DNA from: a virus
Taxonomy: Duplodnaviria; Caudoviricetes
Length of the DNA: 64,000 bases
Direction: 5' to 3' (one strand)
IMG/VR virus record: IMGVR_UViG_3300038525_000015
Span: 1-64,000 of that record
Shown here in pieces: positions 61,876 through 64,000 of the stretch. Position numbers and translations under genes: made by a program. Numbering within the stretch: position 1 is the stretch's first letter; each line of letters opens with the position of its first letter. Under the pieces are notes generated by a model. It was not told where the DNA came from. It searched no databases and worked only from the letters and a program-made list of their open reading frames with translations.

Positions 61876-62403
61876 TCAGCCCTGCCCTGTAGTGGGTAGA
61901 TTGGAAAGGCCCATACCGCCGGCCAGGATCTGGTCTTGCAGATCGCGGGCGGAAATCTTGGCCTGGTTGTACGCGCTGGCCGAATCGGCCGCCCGGCCCA
62001 GCGCCAATTGCCGGGTCTCTGCTGATCGCTGCGCAGGCGTCAGGTTAAGGCCCATGCCCTGGCGCTGCATCTGCAGGCCCTGCGCAGTGTTCGCGTAACT
62101 GGTGTTGACCGCGGCGGCGGCGGTCTCCCCCTGTCCGGCGGCGTAGGTCTCATCCGAGGCGAGGTTGGCCAGCTTGTCGACGTAGGGTGAGAAACGGGTT
62201 TTCCAATCCTCCCACTGCGCGCGATACAGCTGGCCGAGCACCGTCGAGGCGCCTTGATCACCACTGAAGGCGGCGTTTGGGTCGACATACAGCCCATTCC
62301 CTCCTCCTACGGACGCGGCCTGCTGCAAGGCGGCCGCCTGCTGCTGTTCCGCCATCGCTTTCCGGCGCCGATCAATGGCGCCACCACCTCCTCCACCTGC
62401 CAT
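61876..62403 (-). CDS. Internal virion protein
   Basis: Gly-rich N-terminus, Q/A-rich helical; coupled operon. Confidence 0.6.
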   Translation of the reverse strand: MAGGGGGGAIDRRRKAMAEQQQAAALQQAASVGGGNGLYVDPNAAFSGDQGASTVLGQLYRAQWEDWKTRFSPYVDKLANLASDETYAAGQGETAAAAVNTSYANTAQGLQMQRQGMGLNLTPAQRSAETRQLALGRAADSASAYNQAKISARDLQDQILAGGMGLSNLPTTGQG

Positions 62404-62405
62404 GG

Positions 62406-63107
62406 TTAACCCCCGTACCTAATGCCGTTGAGCGAGCTGCCGCTCAGCCCATATTGGCCGTTGTCCGCCCAGGAGGGCATGGAAATCCCTGCACCCGACA
62501 AAGCCGTTTGAGTTTGCGCTCCATCGGCCTTCAGTCCTGTCAGGTAGTCGGCACCCAGCCCAGCGGCGGCACCCCCGGCCGCTCCCAATAGCTGCAGGTT
62601 CGCCGACTTGCGGTTGAAGCTGCTGACCGCATCGCTGCGAGCCGTGGCCGCCGACTGGGCAGCGATGTCACCGAGGCCCGCCTGCGCTTGGGTCGACTGC
62701 CCCGCGCCCATGGCTACGATGTTCTGCAGGCCGGTAATCTTCTCGGCGCCCTGCTGGAACTGCGCGCGTCCAAGCGTCTCGCCACTCTGATGGGCGCTCT
62801 GCTCGGCGAAATCGGTCTGGGTGCCCGTCCAGCGCCCGCTGCTGGGGTTGATACCAGCCAGACCAAGCTGGTTATCCACCTGCTGTATGCCCTGGCTCAG
62901 ATTGCCCATGGATGCCTGGTTGGTTGCCCCGCGGATGTAGCTCATGCGCCCGGCCGAATCCATGTCTTCGACGTTGGCCATGTACTGGTTTTCCAGGGGC
63001 GCCAGCTTCTCCTGGGAGAAGTTCCACTTGTCCGCCGCCACCTGAGCCGCATAACGCTGCTCGGGCGTGTCTTTCACCGTCGTGTCGCCGCCACCGCTGC
63101 CGCTCAT
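62406..63107 (-). CDS. Internal virion protein
   Basis: MSGSGGGDTTVKDTPEQ; Gly-rich hydrophobic C-terminal segment. Confidence 0.6.
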   Translation of the reverse strand: MSGSGGGDTTVKDTPEQRYAAQVAADKWNFSQEKLAPLENQYMANVEDMDSAGRMSYIRGATNQASMGNLSQGIQQVDNQLGLAGINPSSGRWTGTQTDFAEQSAHQSGETLGRAQFQQGAEKITGLQNIVAMGAGQSTQAQAGLGDIAAQSAATARSDAVSSFNRKSANLQLLGAAGGAAAGLGADYLTGLKADGAQTQTALSGAGISMPSWADNGQYGLSGSSLNGIRYGG

Positions 63108-63604
63108 ACTGGCTCACCCGCGCGCGCCACATCCGCGGTGTCGTCCCGACCGTGCCGTAGCTCTCCCAGGTAGTCGGCCAGTGCTTCGTCGTGGAAATAG
63201 CGACGGATCTCCGCGCCCACCTGCTGCATCCAGTCGAAGCCACCGACCAGGCCGGCGCACTGCACCACCAGGCCAGTGAGCTGGTCACGCAGCACGAACG
63301 CCAGTGTGCGGCCGTGGTGATCGCCGGCGCGCTCTAGCGATACGCTGTCACGCCAGTCCTGCAGGGCTGACGCCATCAGCGGCCGTAGAAACGGTTCGTA
63401 CTGGCGGTAGAAGGAATTGGCCGGCAGCCCAATCAGCGCCTCCCAGAACGCTTGGAAGATGAGCTCGCCGGTGACCGGCTTGTCGCCGTCGATCAGGTCG
63501 TCGAGGGTTTGCGAGATGCGAAACAGGGCTTCGCATAATTGAATGGCCGGGCCATGGCTCTGCAGCACATGCTGCAGAAAGGCCCGCTCGTTAGGCTGTT
63601 GCAT
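63104..63604 (-). CDS. Helical protein with a DDxxD motif
   Basis: SQTLDDLIDGD; ATG 63604 with GGGAG RBS. Confidence 0.6.
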   Translation of the reverse strand: MQQPNERAFLQHVLQSHGPAIQLCEALFRISQTLDDLIDGDKPVTGELIFQAFWEALIGLPANSFYRQYEPFLRPLMASALQDWRDSVSLERAGDHHGRTLAFVLRDQLTGLVVQCAGLVGGFDWMQQVGAEIRRYFHDEALADYLGELRHGRDDTADVARAGEPV

Positions 63605-63652
63605 ATCGTTGTCTCCCGACATGGATAAGCGAAGGGGGAATAGGTTCCGGCT

Positions 63653-64000
63653 TCAAAGCTCGGAAACATCTGCGACCAGCATTGTCAGTGGGGCTGCTCC
63701 ATTCGGCGAGTAGTTGAAGTTACCCTGGCTGCCGATATAGCGCACGGTCCCCGTCCACAGCAGCCCGGAAGCAAACCGGCCCAGCGTATCGATGTGCATG
63801 GTCCGCATATGCCGCCAGGTGTCCGTGAAGATCCGGCCACGCTGCGGGTCTATGAATTGCTGGCTAGTCCAGTAAACTCGTGTGTTGCCTATGGCGAAGG
63901 CCAGCGAGCTGCCACTGAACGGGAGGGCGCGCACCATCGTCTGATAGCGCCGCCAGCCCGTCTTGCTGTTTAGGTACTCGAAGGCGTCGTCGGTGACGGA
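63653..64000 (-). CDS. Tail / tail-fibre protein C-terminus (start beyond right edge)
   Basis: Open frame to the window edge; beta-rich aromatic composition; upstream of the ejection operon. Confidence 0.45.
   Translation of the reverse strand, partial: SVTDDAFEYLNSKTGWRRYQTMVRALPFSGSSLAFAIGNTRVYWTSQQFIDPQRGRIFTDTWRHMRTMHIDTLGRFASGLLWTGTVRYIGSQGNFNYSPNGAAPLTMLVADVSEL

Larger units (their letters stand above)
49807..64000. mobile_element. Prophage 2 (partial): short-tailed (podovirus-like) prophage, probably integrated in tRNA-Cys
   Basis: att fragment followed by morons, a giant polyvalent protein, ejection-protein genes and a tail gene continuing past the right edge. Confidence 0.8.

Noticed and set aside
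1-64000. CRISPR array, IS element or rRNA
   Set aside because: No regularly spaced repeats, no transposase with terminal inverted repeats, no rRNA-like sequence found.

Overview
GC-rich, Pseudomonas-like sequence holding two adjacent prophages. (1) 1-990: a Tus-like (replication terminus-binding) gene that runs off the left edge, and the promoter of an intact tRNA-Leu(UAA) at 992-1077. (2) About 1018-49631: an apparently complete 48.6 kb temperate siphovirus-type prophage bounded by a 61-bp direct repeat of the tRNA-Leu 3' end. It carries integrase/excisionase, RecT/YqaJ recombination, cI/cro, O-like/DnaB replication, nin genes, a Q-like regulator, head, tail and lysis modules, and several morons (lipoproteins, a HicA toxin with a fused HicB-like partner, three GIY-YIG-type nucleases, duplicated LuxR cassettes, a C4-like RNA). 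(3) 49807 to beyond 64000: the end of a second, podovirus-like prophage whose att site is a tRNA-Cys 3' fragment on the minus strand. It encodes ejection proteins and a 3000-aa polyvalent protein (pyrophosphatase-like, GGDEF, LPD/zincin, PRTase and LPD38-like domains). The most striking observation is two small ORFs nested in the +1 frame of the giant gene, one directly after the non-canonical GGDEF domain (with its own Shine-Dalgarno) and one over the end of the PRTase domain. They may be overprinted inhibitors of the enzymes they follow. Domain and family calls come from motif recognition by eye; no database searches were run.
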